Shown here: positions 12,447 to 26,110 of the stretch, piece by piece | Position numbering within the stretch: the first letter of the stretch is position 1 | Layout: each line of letters opens with the position of its first letter | From: Octopus sinensis | Taxonomy: Eukaryota | Assembly (NCBI RefSeq): GCF_006345805.1 | Contig: NC_043020.1 | Span: forward strand, 22,568,001-22,632,000 | Direction: 5' to 3' | DNA: 64,000 nucleotides | The notes under the pieces: generated by a model | The model's input: the letters and a program-made list of their open reading frames with translations, nothing else | Told to the model about the DNA's origin: nothing | Databases searched by the model: none | Translations under genes and position numbers: made by a program

Positions 12447-15400
12447 ATATATATCATATATTTATGATATATATATGTATACACAGGTAAATTATTAGTA
12501 TCAATATCCTAGATACAATAAATTCTTACCTGTTTCAACTTTGTTCCTTTTAACACTCTTTGAATAGGAACCCTTAAGACCTCATTTAACTCTTGTGCGA
12601 GTATATATATCATATACACAGGTAAATTATTAGTATCAAAATCCTAAATACAATAAATTCTTACCTGTTTCAACTATGTTCCTTTTAACTCTCTTTGAAT
12701 AGGAACCCTTAAGACCTCATTTAACTCTTGTGCGAGTATATATATCATATACACAGGTAAATTATTAGTATCAAAATCCTAAATACAATAAATTCTTACC
12801 TGTTTCAACTTTGTTCCTTTTAACACTCTTTGAATAGGAACCCTTAAGACCTCATTTAACTCTTGTGCGAGTATATATATCATATACACAGGTAAATTAT
12901 TAGTATCAAAATCCTAAATACAATAATTCTTACCTGTTTCAACTATGTTCCTTTTAACTCTTGTGCGAGTTCTTTCCCCCTTCTTTTTTAACTCCTCTAA
13001 TCTCTTTTCGAGATTATCTATCTCTGGATCTGTTTCAGAAAGTATTTTTATACCACGACCAAAAGATGTTTCTCGATGCAGCACAAGCTCTAATTCTTCA
13101 TGAGTTGGTGCATACACAGGTAAATTATTAGTATCAAAATCCCAGATACAATAATTTCTTACCTGTTTCAATTTTGTTCCTTTTAACACTCTTTGAATAG
13201 GAACCCTTAAGACCTCATTGAACTCTTGTGCGAGTATATATATCATATATTTATGATAGATATTTGTATACACAGGTAAATTATTAGTATCAAAATCCTA
13301 GATACAATAATTTCTTACCTGTTTCAATTTTGTTCCTTTTAACTCTTGTGCAAGTATATATATATCATATATTTATGATATATATATGTATACACAGGTA
13401 AATTATTAGTATCAAAATCTTAGATACTATAATTTCTTACCTGTTTCAATTTTGTTCCTTTTAACACTCTTTGAATAGGAACCTTAAGACCTCATTAACT
13501 CTTGTGCGAGTATATATATCATATACACAGGTAAATTATTAGTATCAAAATCCTAAATACAATAAATTCTTACCTGTTTCAACTATGTTCCTTTTAACTC
13601 TCTTTGAATAGGAACCCTTAAGACCTCATTTAACTCTTGTGCGAGTATATATATCATATACACAGGTAAATTATTAGTATCAAAATCCTAAATACAATAA
13701 ATTCTTACCTGTTTCAACTTTGTTCCTTTTAACACTCTTTGTATAGGAACCCTTAAGACCTCATTTAACTCTTGTGCGAGTATATATATCATATACACAG
13801 GTAAATTATTAGTATCAAAATCCTAAATACAATAAATTCTTACCTGTTTCAACTATGTTCCTTTTAACTCTTGTGCGAGTTCTTTCCCCCTTCTTTTTTA
13901 ACTCCTCTAATCTCTTTTCGAGATTATCTATCTCTGGATCTGTTTCAGAAAGTATTTTTATACCACGACCAAAAGATGTTTCTCGATGCAGCACAAGCTC
14001 TAATTCTTCATGAGTTGGTGCATACACAGGTAAATTATTAGTATCAAAATCCTAGATACAATAATTCTTACCTGTTTCAATTTTGTTCTTTTAACACTCT
14101 TTGAATAGGAACCCTTAAGACCTCATTGAACTCTTGTGCGAGTATATATATCATATATTTATGATAGATATTGTATACACAGGTAAATATTAGTATCAAA
14201 ACCCTAGATACAATAATTTCTTACTGTTTCAATTTTGTTCCTTTTAACTCTTGTGCAAGTATATATATATCATATATTTATGATATATATATGTATACAC
14301 AGGTAAATTATTAGTATCAAAATCTTAGATACTATAATTTCTTACCTGTTTCAATTTTGTTCCTTTTAACACTCTTAGAATAGGAACCCTTAAGACCTCA
14401 TTTAACTCTTGTGCGAGTATATATCATATATTTATGATAGATATTTGTATACACAGGTAAATTATTAGTATCAAAATCCTAGATACAATAATTTCTTACC
14501 TGTTTCAATTTTGTTCCTTTTAACTCTCTTGAATAGGAACCCTTAAGACCTCATTTAACTCTTGTGCGAGTATATATATCATATTTATGATAGATATTGT
14601 ATACACAGGTAAATATTAGTATCAAAATCCTAGATACAATAATTTCTTACCTGTTTCAATTTTGTTCTTTTAACACTCTTTGAATAGGAACCCTTAAGAC
14701 CTCATTTAACTCTTGTGCGAGTATATATATCATATATTTATGATAGATATTTGTATACACAGGTAAATTATTAGTATCAAAATCCTAGATACAATAATTT
14801 CTTACCTGTTTCAATTTTGTTCCTTTTAACTCTCTTTGAATAGGAACCCTTAAGACCTCATTTAACTCTTGTGCGAGTATATATATCATATATTTATGAT
14901 AGATATTTGTATACACAGGTAAATTATTAGTATCAAAATCCTAGATACAATAATTTCTTACCTGTTTCAATTTTGTTCCTTTTAACTCTCTTTGAATAGG
15001 AACCCTTAAGACCTCATTTAACTCTTGTGTGAGTATATATATCATATATTTATGATATATATATGTATACACAGGTAAATTATTAGTATCAAAATCTTAG
15101 ATACTATAATTTCTTACCTGTTTCAATTTTGTTCCTTTTAACACTCTTTGAATAGGAACCCTTAAGACCTCATTTAACTCTTGTGCGAGTATATATATCA
15201 TATATTTATGATAACCAGCCAGGATCCCTGGTCTGGTGGTACGTAAAAAGCACTATCCGACTCGTGGCCGATGCCTCCACTGGCTTCCGTGCCGGTGGCA
15301 CGTAAAATACACCAATCTGACCGTATGACAGGCACCCATGCCAACCCCCTTGCTTGCGAAGACATGTTGGGGCAAGCGAAATCGAAATCGAATTGAACCA

Positions 15401-18204
15401 GCCAGGATACCTGGTCTGGTGGTACGTAAAAAGCACTATCCGACTCGTGGCCGATGCCAGTACCCCCTCGTTTGGCTTCCGTGCAGGTGGCACATAAAAT
15501 ACACCAATCCGACCGTGGCCGTTGCCAGCCTCGCCTGGCACCTGTGCAGGTGGCACGTAAAAACCACCCACTACACTCACGGAGTGGTTGACGTTAGGAA
15601 GGGCATCCAGCTGTAGAAACACTGCCAGATAAGACTGGAGCCTGGTGCAGCCTTCTGGCTTTCCAGATCCCCGGTCGAACCGTCCAACCCATGCTAGCAT
15701 GGAGAACGGACGTTAAACGATGATGATGATGATGATATATGTATACACAGGTAAATTATTAGTATCAAAATCCTAGATACAATAATTTCTTACCTGTTTC
15801 AACTTTGTTCCTTTTAACTCTCTTTGAATAGGAACCCTTAAGACCTCATTTAACTCTTGTGCGAGTATATATATCATATATTTATGATAGATATTCGTAT
15901 ACATAGGTAAATTATTAGTATCAAAATCCTAGATACAATAATTTCTTACCTGTTTCAACTTTGTTCCTTTTAACCCTCTTTGAATAGGAACCCTTAAGAC
16001 CTCATTTAACTCTTGTGCGAGTATATATATCATATATTTATGATATATGTATACACAGGTAAATTATTAGTATCAAAATCCTAGATACAATAAATTCTTA
16101 CCTGTTTCAACTTTGTTCCTTTTAACCCTCTTTGAATAGGAACCCTTAAGACCTCATTTAACTCTTGTGCGAGTATATATATCATATATTTATGATATAT
16201 ATCTATACACAGGTAAATTATTAGTATCAAAATCCTAGATACAATAAATTCTTACCTGTTTCAACTTTGTTCCTTTTAACTCTCTTTGAATAGGAACCCT
16301 TAAGACCTCATTTAACTCTTGTGCAAGTATATATATCATATATTTATGATAGATATTTGTATACACAGGTAAATTATTAGTATCAAAATCCTAAATACTA
16401 TTAATTCTTACCTGTTTCAACTTTGTTCCTTTTAACCCTCTTTGAATAGGAACCTGTAGTGACGTCGAGGGGGAGCTTTTGTATATAGGCGAGCAACCTT
16501 GAAAAAAAAATTTTTCGGCGGAGAGGAGCGTCTGCAGCATTACCGCTCAACTCTCTTAGTCTTCTCAAAAATTCAGATCGAGTCCTTTCTCCCAACTCCT
16601 CATCCGCCATTAATTCATTGAAGCGACTTTCTTCGCTTCTAGTGTTCCTCTTCTCCACTTCTAATTTAACAGACGCATAAGTGGCGTCTGGGCCAGGATC
16701 TGTGATAAGATCTCTGGCAGTAGTTGCAAGTTGAGGAGGCATACAACCATACAGGATTTGCAACTGCTGCTGGGAAGAAACATTATGTGCACAAAATTGT
16801 GCCTCTAGCTGCACAAACCACAGTGTGGCATCACCTGTGAAATTAGGTAATGATGTTAGAGACATTTTTATAGCTTTTAACTTTTAGATGATTCTGTCAG
16901 AGGAAAGGTAAACTGACAACGAATCAACGTTGAACAGACGCAACAAGGAAAAAGGGAAAAAGAAAGACCAGCAATTGAACATATATTCTTTATTTTCTTA
17001 TTCACAGAAAGAAGTAAGGTGGTATATTGGTATCCACTTGGTTCTGGTGTGGCAAGGCTGAACTTTAACACTTGTAAGAATCTTACAAGTTCAGCAGCAA
17101 AACAGAGCAGGTCAAATCTTAGCGTCCAGAGACAGTGGAGAAAATAGGTCCGCCACAATCTCGTATGAAGGCGTTCTGGTACTGCTGCTATGCGTGTCTC
17201 TCTGTGCCCTTGTTAAGGGAACGCTGTCCCTCGCCTATCAGCTAATGCCACATCAGCAATTCCTTCTTCAGTCTTCGCGCATGTCCGAGAGGGCACTTCC
17301 CTTCTGCCTTTCCAGAAGGCTCCAACCCCACACACGCACTGAAGAAGGACGTTCCGCACCCCACACTGAAAATGACGTTGCGCGCGCGCACTGTTGTATG
17401 ACGTCACTACAAACCCTTAGGACCTCATTTAACTCTTGTGCGAGTATATATATCATATATTTATGATAGATATTTGTATACACAGGTAAATTATTAGTAT
17501 CAAAATCCTAGATACAATAAATTCTTACCTGTTTCAACTTTGTTCCTTTTAACTCTCTTTGAATAGGAACCCTTAAGACCTCATTTAACTCTTGTGCGAG
17601 TATATATATCATATATTTATGATATATATATGTATACACAGGTAAATTATTAGTATCAAAATCCTAAATACAATAAATTCTTACTTGTTTCAATTTTGTT
17701 CCTTTTAACTCTCTTTGAATAGGAACCCTTAAGACCTCATTGAACTCTTGTGCGAGTATATATATCATATATTTATGATAGATATTTGTATACACAGGTA
17801 AATTATTAGTATCAAAATCCTAAATACAATAAATTCTTACCTGTTTCAATTTTGTTCCTTTTAACTCTCTTTGAATAGGAACCCTTAAGACCTCATTGAA
17901 CTCTTGTGCGAGTATATATATCATATATTTATGATAGATATTTGTATACACAGGTAAATTATTAGTATCAAAATCCTAAATACAATAAATTCTTACCTGT
18001 TTCAACTATGTTCCTTTTAACTCTTGTGCGAGTTCTTTCCCCCTTCTTTTTTAACTCCTCTAATCTCTTTTCGAGATTATCTATCTCTGGATCTGTTTCA
18101 GAAAGTATTTTTATACCACGACCAAAAGATGTTTCTCGATGCAGCACAAGCTCTAATTCTTCAGGAGTTGGTGCATTAACTTGGGCAATGAAGATTGAAA
18201 AATT
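12447..18204. repeat. Tandem satellite, units of 135 bp and ~152-156 bp, with a ~910-bp higher-order duplication; interrupted by a SINE and an LTR-derived element
   Basis: ACACAGGTAAATTATTAGTATCAAAATCC recurs at 12481, 12616, 12751, 12886 ... 14451, 14603, 14757, 14913; a longer variant segment recurs at 12971, 13881 and ~18034. Confidence 0.95.
16455..17411 (-). mobile_element. 957-bp Gypsy (CsRN1-like) derivative: LTR-type ends enclosing a gag N-terminal fragment
   Basis: Ends TGTAGTGACGTC/GACGTCACTACA; 4-bp TSD AACC (16451/17412); ORF from 16865 LPNFTGDATLWFVQLEAQF..Y..VK..LGERTRSEFLRRLRELS. Confidence 0.85.
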
Positions 18205-18614
18205 TTAGGAACATTCATGGCTTTATGGTCGCATTAATTTATACAAATATATTGCATTTGTTACTTATTTATTAGTGGAGGCATGTCAGCATCATGATCG
18301 TAAGATTGTGGTTTTGATTCCTGGACCAGGCGATGCATTGTGTTCTTGAGCAAAATACTTCATTTCACATTGCTCCAGTACACTCAGCTGGCAAAAATGA
18401 GTAACGCTGCAATGGACTGGCGTCCCGTCCAGCTGGGGAACACATATGCCTAAGAAACTGGGCCCATGAGCCTGGCTAGGCTTTTAAAGGGCGCATTTAT
18501 TTATTTTATTCATTTATTAACTGTTAATAAAATGACTTGTGTTTTAACAGAATCAAATTGTTGTTCACTTTTTCCATTTTATTAAATTCAATTATGTTTA
18601 ACATTATTTATTTT

Positions 18615-19987
18615 ACAGTGTGGAAGGGGTTTATAAGCCATTTAAGAAACACACAATAACCATTAGGTTCATTTCAACATTTAAATTTAATTTGTCTAAA
18701 TATTTTCGTCACTTTGAGACCGCGACCTGTTCACTGACAAAACTTCGTGCTGCATCTGAGAAAGTAACAGTTAGTTCATGATATATATTGATATGGAGGT
18801 CAATTCGGAATCAGTGCTATGACCTACTTTTGCTGGTTTGTAGTCTTGAAATCTGGGATATAAAGTTATTGCCTTTTGTTCTGCCAATTCCTGGAAAGAT
18901 TAACGAGCTTCGAAGAGACCTTTGCCCTTTTTCCGGTCAAAGAAGGGTCGAGGAAGCTACCATTTAAAAAGCAGGAGCTGTGAGTCTGTTGGTCAGTTTG
19001 GCCGGAGACAGTGAATTGGTAACAGGGCAGTTTAGGAGTTCTGCCTGAGACAGCAAAAGGGGCCGGAGGAGGCGGTCAGCTGGCGAGAGGAAGACAGGCA
19101 GATAGGATTAAGAAGAGCGATAGGCAATGACAACGTTGAGAAAGACACACAGAGGATTGAGGAGGTGAGGGAGATTACGGTGTGAAGGCATTGGCTCCTA
19201 TTGTAGTAGGAGCTCGTAACGGTATGTTTATTTATGTTTTGATGTGTTAAAGAAGGAAAAAGAATTGTTGAAATGTAAAAGATTGATGTGAAAAAAGGAG
19301 GAAGTACTGAATTAAAGAAATGAGATTATAAAGAACATTGTGAATTGTGTTACAGAGATGTTGAAACAGAAAGAGAAAGACTCTAATGTTGAACTCTGAA
19401 CTGTATCGTTAATGTGAACATTATTTGCCTTAATTTGATCTGAACTGTTGTCTCCAGACTGTATATTGTACCTGCATGCTTTGATCTTGTTAATTTTGTT
19501 GCATGTTATTCTCTTTGATGTACCTTACATTGTATTTGATGTCGTAATTGTCATAAACTGTTGTTAAACGTAAGCCAATTGCTTTCCACCGTGTCTCTTC
19601 CGGCTGTTGTTTGTTGTTGTTCTCTCCGGTTGCCGAGCTCGCTGCCACCTTCCCCCACCGAATTCTCTCTGGGTCCGTGGCGAATTCACCGGTCGATCGT
19701 CGTCGCTCGACTTGGTAGGGTCCCCAGTTTCCGAAGAGTTTGAGCGACGGCAGGTATTCGTAACAATATGTATGTGTGTGTGTATGTATGTGTGCATGCC
19801 TTTATGCATATATGTATGTACCTATGTACTTACGTATGTATGTGAGTATTTAGGAGAGTGTTTAGATGTGTCTGTGCGTTTGAACATGTGAATGTATGTT
19901 TATGTACTGATATGTGTCAGTTCAAGTTGTATACATGACTGTTACCTTGTTGAAGGTTGTATATATGTATACATATGTATACACACA
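18615..19987 (-). mobile_element. ~1.4-kb non-coding insert with a hammerhead-like motif near its 3' end (Penelope-like derivative)
   Basis: Absent from the paralogous site ~39955 (..ATTATGTTTAACATT..|ATCCTTATATTTGCAATC); its end matches the 62152-62369 element. Confidence 0.6.
18691..18741 (-). ncRNA. Hammerhead ribozyme variant, G3-C8 core
   Basis: UUUGUCA GUGAACA G GUCGC-ggucucaaa-GUGAC GAAA AUAU UU AGACAAA; same family as 62253-62303, with a mismatch at the first stem-I pair. Confidence 0.55.
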
Positions 19988-22900
19988 TCCTTATATTTGC
20001 AATCTGACTCATTCTCTGTTATGAACATTCACCAAAACTGTGCTTACTCCAATCCAACTTAAATAGAGCAAATGCATTCAGCTTCAGATTAGCACCAGTT
20101 GAGAAAAGAAAAAGATGAAAAGTATTCCAGGTATTTCTAAACTGAAGTTGAGAAAAGCTTTTATTAAAATTAATGTAATTTATGATGCATTTTATTCCAA
20201 TATAATACGATTCACAAAAACTTCTACTTTTAAGAATAATGCAATTTATAACAAATAAAAATCACAGTTGTTGCCAGAGGCCTTACCCTGAAAAGTGCAC
20301 AGCCTCACCTCTTTGTATTTAAGCCATCTACCTCAAGAAATTTCTATCCATATTTTGAATATGATCCCCTCTAAGATTAATCAAGTTTCACCAAGAGCTC
20401 ATAGTCTGTTTATAGCCTTGTTAAATGTCTCAGTATTAGAACATTACCAGGGATTAAAATGTTGTCACATGCTGGCTTTGAAAATTAAAAAATAGACTTA
20501 ACTCTCACTAAATGATGAAATCAATCACCAAAACTGCATCGAATGGCTTAACAGTCAATCTTTCACTGAATATGCACAGGTTGTAGATGGGTCTCAAGTT
20601 CATAATAGTCTGCTGGAGGCAATCAGTTCAGAAGTAATCACATTTTTGAAAGGAGTGTTTGAGTATAGAATGTCAAATTGAACTAACATAGACGCAGGCC
20701 TGGGTATGTGGTTAAGAGGTTTGCTTTGCAACCATATGTTTTGGGTTCCATCCTAGAATACAGCACCCTAATTATGCTTGACTTTTTCCTACAGGAACTG
20801 TAGAGAGCTTCTCTTGTGCGTGAGAGACTGTTGATATTCACTGTTTGCCCCTGTTTCAGTGAAGCCGTGCGGATGTTGGTATCTCAACATATATGAAGGG
20901 CTGTTAAATGTGAAGATTGGAAGAGAATCATCCCTATGTGAATCCAACAAAGGGACCAGGTATCTTGGTTGACAGCAGTATGATAGATAAGGCAATTAAA
21001 GGTATGAACACGGAAAGCCCCTGGTCCACAAGGAGTCACTACTGAAATGCTTAAAAATATCTGGTAGAGTAGGATATGGTCTTCTCACCTGTATAGTTGT
21101 TCAGGAAGGCATTAATTCCAGAGACTGGTGTAGCATCATCATAGCAGCTACAAGGCCTTAGAAGTAATTATGGCAGCATCAAATTACTGGACCAGGTAAG
21201 TTGTGAGAGTTACAGCCCAATTAAGTAGTCTATAAAGAATGCAGTGTGGTTTTATGCCTGGGAGAAGCACTACTCAGGCTATTTTCATAGGCAACTATGG
21301 GATTCGAGGGCCCACAAGCTCTTTAATATCTTCATGAAAAACTTGAGAGACATTTATAGGGTGGCTGTAAATGTCTTAAAAAAAGAACTGGATCTCCTAC
21401 TTTCAAGAGTCCCTCGTGAACCAACTTCATTTCAGGAAATGCAAATGAAGATAGCAATGGCAAGTTCCTAACTATGGAAGGAGGATTAACGAAGATGCTG
21501 CAACATCACTGGCAGTGCTTCAGTATGGCCACAGCTCTTGAGTTGAAAATAAAGATTAAAAGAGATATGTATATATATAAAAATATAAACACACACATAT
21601 ATATCATCAAGCGGATGTTAAATGATGATGATATATATTTCTTTACTGCCCACATGGGGCTAAACATAGAGGGGACAAGCAAGGACAGATGAAGGGATTG
21701 AGTTGATTATATCGCCCCCCGCCCCCCGTGCAAAACAGGTACTTTATTTATCGACCCCGAAAGGATGAAAGGCGAGGTCAACTTTGCCTTTCATCCTTTC
21801 GGGGTCGATAAGTAAAGTACCAGTTTCGCACTGGGGGGGGGGCGATATAATCGACTCAATCCCTTTTTTTGTCCCCTCTGTGTTTAGCCCCATGTGGGCA
21901 GTAAATAAATATATATCATCATCATTTAACGTCTGCTAGCATGGGTTGGACGATTTGACTGAGGTCTGGCGAATCAGACTCCAATCTGATCTGGCAGAGT
22001 TTCTACAGCTGCATGCCCTTCCTAACGCCAACCACTCCGAGAGTGTAGTTGGTGCTTTTATATCCCACCAGCATGAGGGCCAGTTTGGTGGTACTGGCAA
22101 CGGCCATGCCCAAATAGTGCTTTTTACGTGCCATATATATATACATAAATCTATTCCTCCAATCTGAATGTGTCACTCAAACTACTGCCTCAATTTACCT
22201 GGGATTATATTTAAAGGGTTATACATCATCATCATCATCGTTTAACGTCTGTTTTTCATGCTGACATGGGTTGGACAGTTTGACTGAGGTCTGGAAAGCC
22301 AGCAGCTACACCACAGGCAAAGCGCCATACCCCCCAGAACAATATGAACTTTATTTTTCTATCTACTGTTTTATTCTATTTACTATGAATTCTCTGGAAC
22401 TTTCCTGCATGCATGCTTTGTCTCTGATGATGGTATCTACAGTGTAAGGAGATTTTGACCCATCACCTGTAAGACATTAATTAATTGCACTGCCCCTTTT
22501 TTGATTCACCTTATTCTAATAAAATACTCTAAATGACCTGAGATGCTCGTTCTGCTTTGGTTTTGCTTTCCTTTTTAATATTTACCTGCTGACTTGGGAG
22601 AAGCCTACTATGGATGTCTAGCTCCAGCCTCTGCTGTGAACTTGGAACTTAACAGATGACCAATTATAGCACTTACATAGTGTACCTGTTGGTTTAGACC
22701 ATCAGTGAACTAAACCCCTCATATTCTATATGTAGCTTGCTTACGAACCACATGGTTCCGGGTTCAATCCCACTGCATGGCACCTTGGGCAAGTGTCTTC
22801 TACTATAGCCTTGGGCCAGTGTCTTCTACTATAGCCTTGGGCTGACCAAAGCCTTGTGAGTGGATTTGGTAGACGGAAACTGAAAGAAGCCCATCGTATA

Positions 22901-23511
22901 TATATATATATATGCGTGTTTGTCCCCCCAACATCGCTTGACAACCGATGCTGGTGTGTTTACGTCCCCGTAACTTAGCGGTTCGGCAAAAGAGACCGAT
23001 AAAATAAGTGCTAGGCTTACAAAGAATAAGTCCTGGGGTTGATTTGCTTAACTAAAGGCAGTGCTCCAGCATGGCCACAGTCAAATGACTGAAACAAGTA
23101 AAAGAGTATATGTGTGTGTATATTTACATGTGTGAAAGCACATGGCTACGATATGAGCTACAACAAGTAGCACAGATTAATTGTCACCCATAATTATAAA
23201 CCTAGAATCGATCTATTGCATTTCAATCTGTTTTAGATTTAGGGGTGGGAGGAAGGGTATCTTTTTTTTTCTTCAGAAATGTAAATAAACCCAATCTGTT
23301 TCTTAAACGAGGGACATATACATACGGCACAGAATGTTTTTTACCTCAATAGACGTCAGTGATTGGTTGAAATTGAAGGAAAAAAACAACAAATATCTTA
23401 CAAACTATAGAATTTTCTCAATAAAGCCAAGAGAAAAACACCGTGTATACCCTAATTACCTTATGATATCTGGAATTAGACACTACTATTGCGGGTGTAA
23501 TATTTGTTGAT

Positions 23512-23899
23512 CGAAAGTGCGGCTGGCGACGAAATCAGCTTCACTCGTTCATAGGCGATATGTTATTGGAGAAGAAATAAGGAAATGCTTGAATGTCGAT
23601 GTAGAATGAGGTGGATAAAACGGGTGCTACTGGCGAACAGTGGTCCCGGTGCGCGCATCCGTGCTAGCTAGTCGTGACTAGTCGATCCTACAACGACTAC
23701 GCAGCAAAGTAAATAAAACACAAAATAAATCATTTTTTTACACAAAGTAAGGATCGACTTGTCATGACTAGCTGGCGCAGATGCGCACCTGGACCACTGT
23801 TCGCTAGTAGTTGCTAAACCTCATTTTAACAATTAAATATTCACTTTGATAAAAACGTATAACATATTGATTAAGTGTTTGCATTTGAAAATGGTAAGT
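23512..23899 (+). promoter_or_regulatory. Putative promoter / non-coding exon 1 of ZNF gene 2 (contains a MITE insertion), donor GT at 23894
   Basis: Same CGAAAGTGCGGCTGG block and G|GTAAGTTGATAA donor; acceptor at 27402-27403. Confidence 0.65.
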
Positions 23900-24518
23900 T
23901 GATAAACGTTAATTTCAATGGTGTAGTAATATATGTAAATTATAGAATTGCGTTTCATTTCGCGGATAAGGTATTTATATTGGAGCGAAAACATAAGAAT
24001 GGGAAAAGATATTTGGCATTCCTTTGATATAGCTCGACATGGTCGAGACATTTCACTTCGGGTATTTCCTTGGGTATAGATATAACGAAATTATGCCAGC
24101 AATGTCTCATTTTAAACTTGAAGAAAAAAGCAGCCTTGCATATTTGTTCTAACCTGTTTCATGTGCGTGTATGTAAAATCCGCGCAAATTTCCTAGCAGA
24201 ACACAGAATCGAACTTTCATTTGCTTCCACGGATATACCCGGTGAAGTGTTTTGATTTTTGTCGAGTTATATCGAAAGAATGCCAGATATTTCTTTCAGA
24301 CACAGTAATTATATAAATGTGAAAACAGCAACATGGGTAAAAGACATTTCTTTAAAAAAAATACTAATTATTTTGCACTGGAAATAAATAACAACTTCGT
24401 GAAAGAAAAATTTCCATGTCTTGACTTTCATGTAGGGGATAAATACTTCCAAATTGAAATGATCTTTTTTATTGTTGAAAATATCCTTTAAATAATTAAC
24501 TTACAAAACGGGAATAGA

Positions 24519-24877
24519 AATTACCGCATTTTAACGTGTATAAGGAACTCCCTAATTTGGGGGGAAGGGGTTAAAATTTGAAAAAACAAAAAAGGTTTTG
24601 TAAGGGATTATAAGTTTAAAATATTTTAGTTACAAAGAAATTATTTTTTAAAAATCTGCCGGTCAAAGCGAAAATATCCGATTATAATATTATCCATGTA
24701 TAAGAAACTCCCATATTTCCTGAACCTAATTTTTGATTAAAAAAGGGGCGGAGGTAAAGAATACGTACACCTCCTATTTTCGGTGTGACAAAAACCCTAA
24801 CCCTAAACACCGGGTGTACGTATTCTTTACTTTCGCCAAAAGGGGTTCAATATACTACACGTTAAAATACGGTAATT
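24519..24877. mobile_element. MITE-like element with a nested ~90-bp MITE (24747-24837)
   Basis: Outer IR AATTACCGCATTTTAACGTGTA/TACACGTTAAAATACGGTAATT; inner IR GGCGGAGGTAAAGAATACGTACACC/GGTGTACGTATTCTTTACTTTCGCC. Confidence 0.6.
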
Positions 24878-25439
24878 GAAAAATATATAATTATGTTTCT
24901 TTATTAGCTACACGGACGGGACACATTACAAAGTAGAGCTTTTCTTTTTTGGGGGGAAAAAATGGGGTAGGTTTTCGATCAAAAGGGAAAGAAAAAGAAA
25001 CAAAAACGATCAATAGGGATCGTGTATCACAGAAATGTCAGAATGTAAAGTGTAAAGGGGGAAGCAGATAAGGTTTATCCGTGGAAAGAAAAGCCTACGT
25101 GACGTATCTGTAGTGAGATAGGAAGAGATCTCTTTTATTGCTGTGGCAGACTTCAGTCATTCAGAGCTGGAAGTGTAATAATACTAGTAGTAATATTGCG
25201 TCCCTTATTTGAATAGGTCGGCAATTAGGGATTTGATGCCTTTCAGGAACCGTTGAGTTGTTTAACATGTCATATTTTCTGTGTTACCACCAATTACTCG
25301 CGGTTCATTTGATGAACATCAACTTCCACTCTGCTTCATATAAACCTCAGTGTATATAGTAAGTCATGCGATTTTTCCTTTGTTGTATACACATATATTT
25401 GGTTCCCTTTCGTATGCAAGATTATTCGGTTAAACTCTT

Positions 25440-26110
25440 GTGTTTGACCCGAGCAAAAAAAAAAGAAAAAAATGTGCAATAGGTGTAAAAAAAACGTAGT
25501 AAACGAATATGAAAAAAAAAGGGCGCTGGCGAACGGGAAGGGGGTGACGACTCGGAAAATTCACATCTGGAATGTTCCGAGTCCTCTCACCACTTCGTCG
25601 GCGAAATTTCTTTTCCTTCATATTCGTTTACACCTATTATACTATATTTTTTTTCATTTTTGTGACCGGGTCTCGAAGTGGGGTTACTGGATCGTGTGAT
25701 TTATCCGAGTTCGCAGCCCACCCACCCGCATCACAAATGTTTTTAAAAAAATAGTGTACTAGGTGTAAAATAATGTGTAGTTAACGAATATGAAGAAGAA
25801 AAAAATGGTTAATGTTTACAACTTGACGCGGAAACGAAAATCAGAAAAAAATAGTGCAACAGGTGTAAAGAAATGTATAGGAATTGAATATGAAAAAAAA
25901 ATGCGCGCAAAGCAACGCGATGTGGGGAGAGGACCTCGGAAAATTCACAAGATCCGAGTTTCCCCTCATAACTTTTAGGTTTTTTTCAATTTAATTTTAT
26001 ATAAAATACCTTTCAAACGGCATACATTACAATTATAAGGTAATTTGTGAAGAAAATCTTGGAGTGGGAAGAAGAATTTCGGAAAATTCCCAAGATCAGA
26101 ATTTTTCCTT
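25440..26110. repeat. Dispersed repeat with subrepeats in both orientations (ATAGGTGTAAA..ACGAATATGAAAAAA..GGAGAGGACTCGGAAAATTCAC); also ~9940-10040, 35925-36080, 59815-60640
   Basis: Recurrent motif blocks within the introns of ZNF genes 1, 2, 3 and 5; class unknown. Confidence 0.6.

Noticed and set aside
12447-18204. Regular repeats as a CRISPR array
   Set aside because: Head-to-tail satellite without unique spacers; eukaryotic context, no cas genes
22419-22478. TGTCT-CTGATGA ... GTA-AGACA, hammerhead-like stem I and 5' core
   Set aside because: The GAAA half of the core is missing; at best a deleted relic
24795-24806. CCCTAA/TTAGGG doublets (also ~3868, 42997, 43989, 61386)
   Set aside because: Only about 2 units, mostly internal to MITEs; not telomeric arrays
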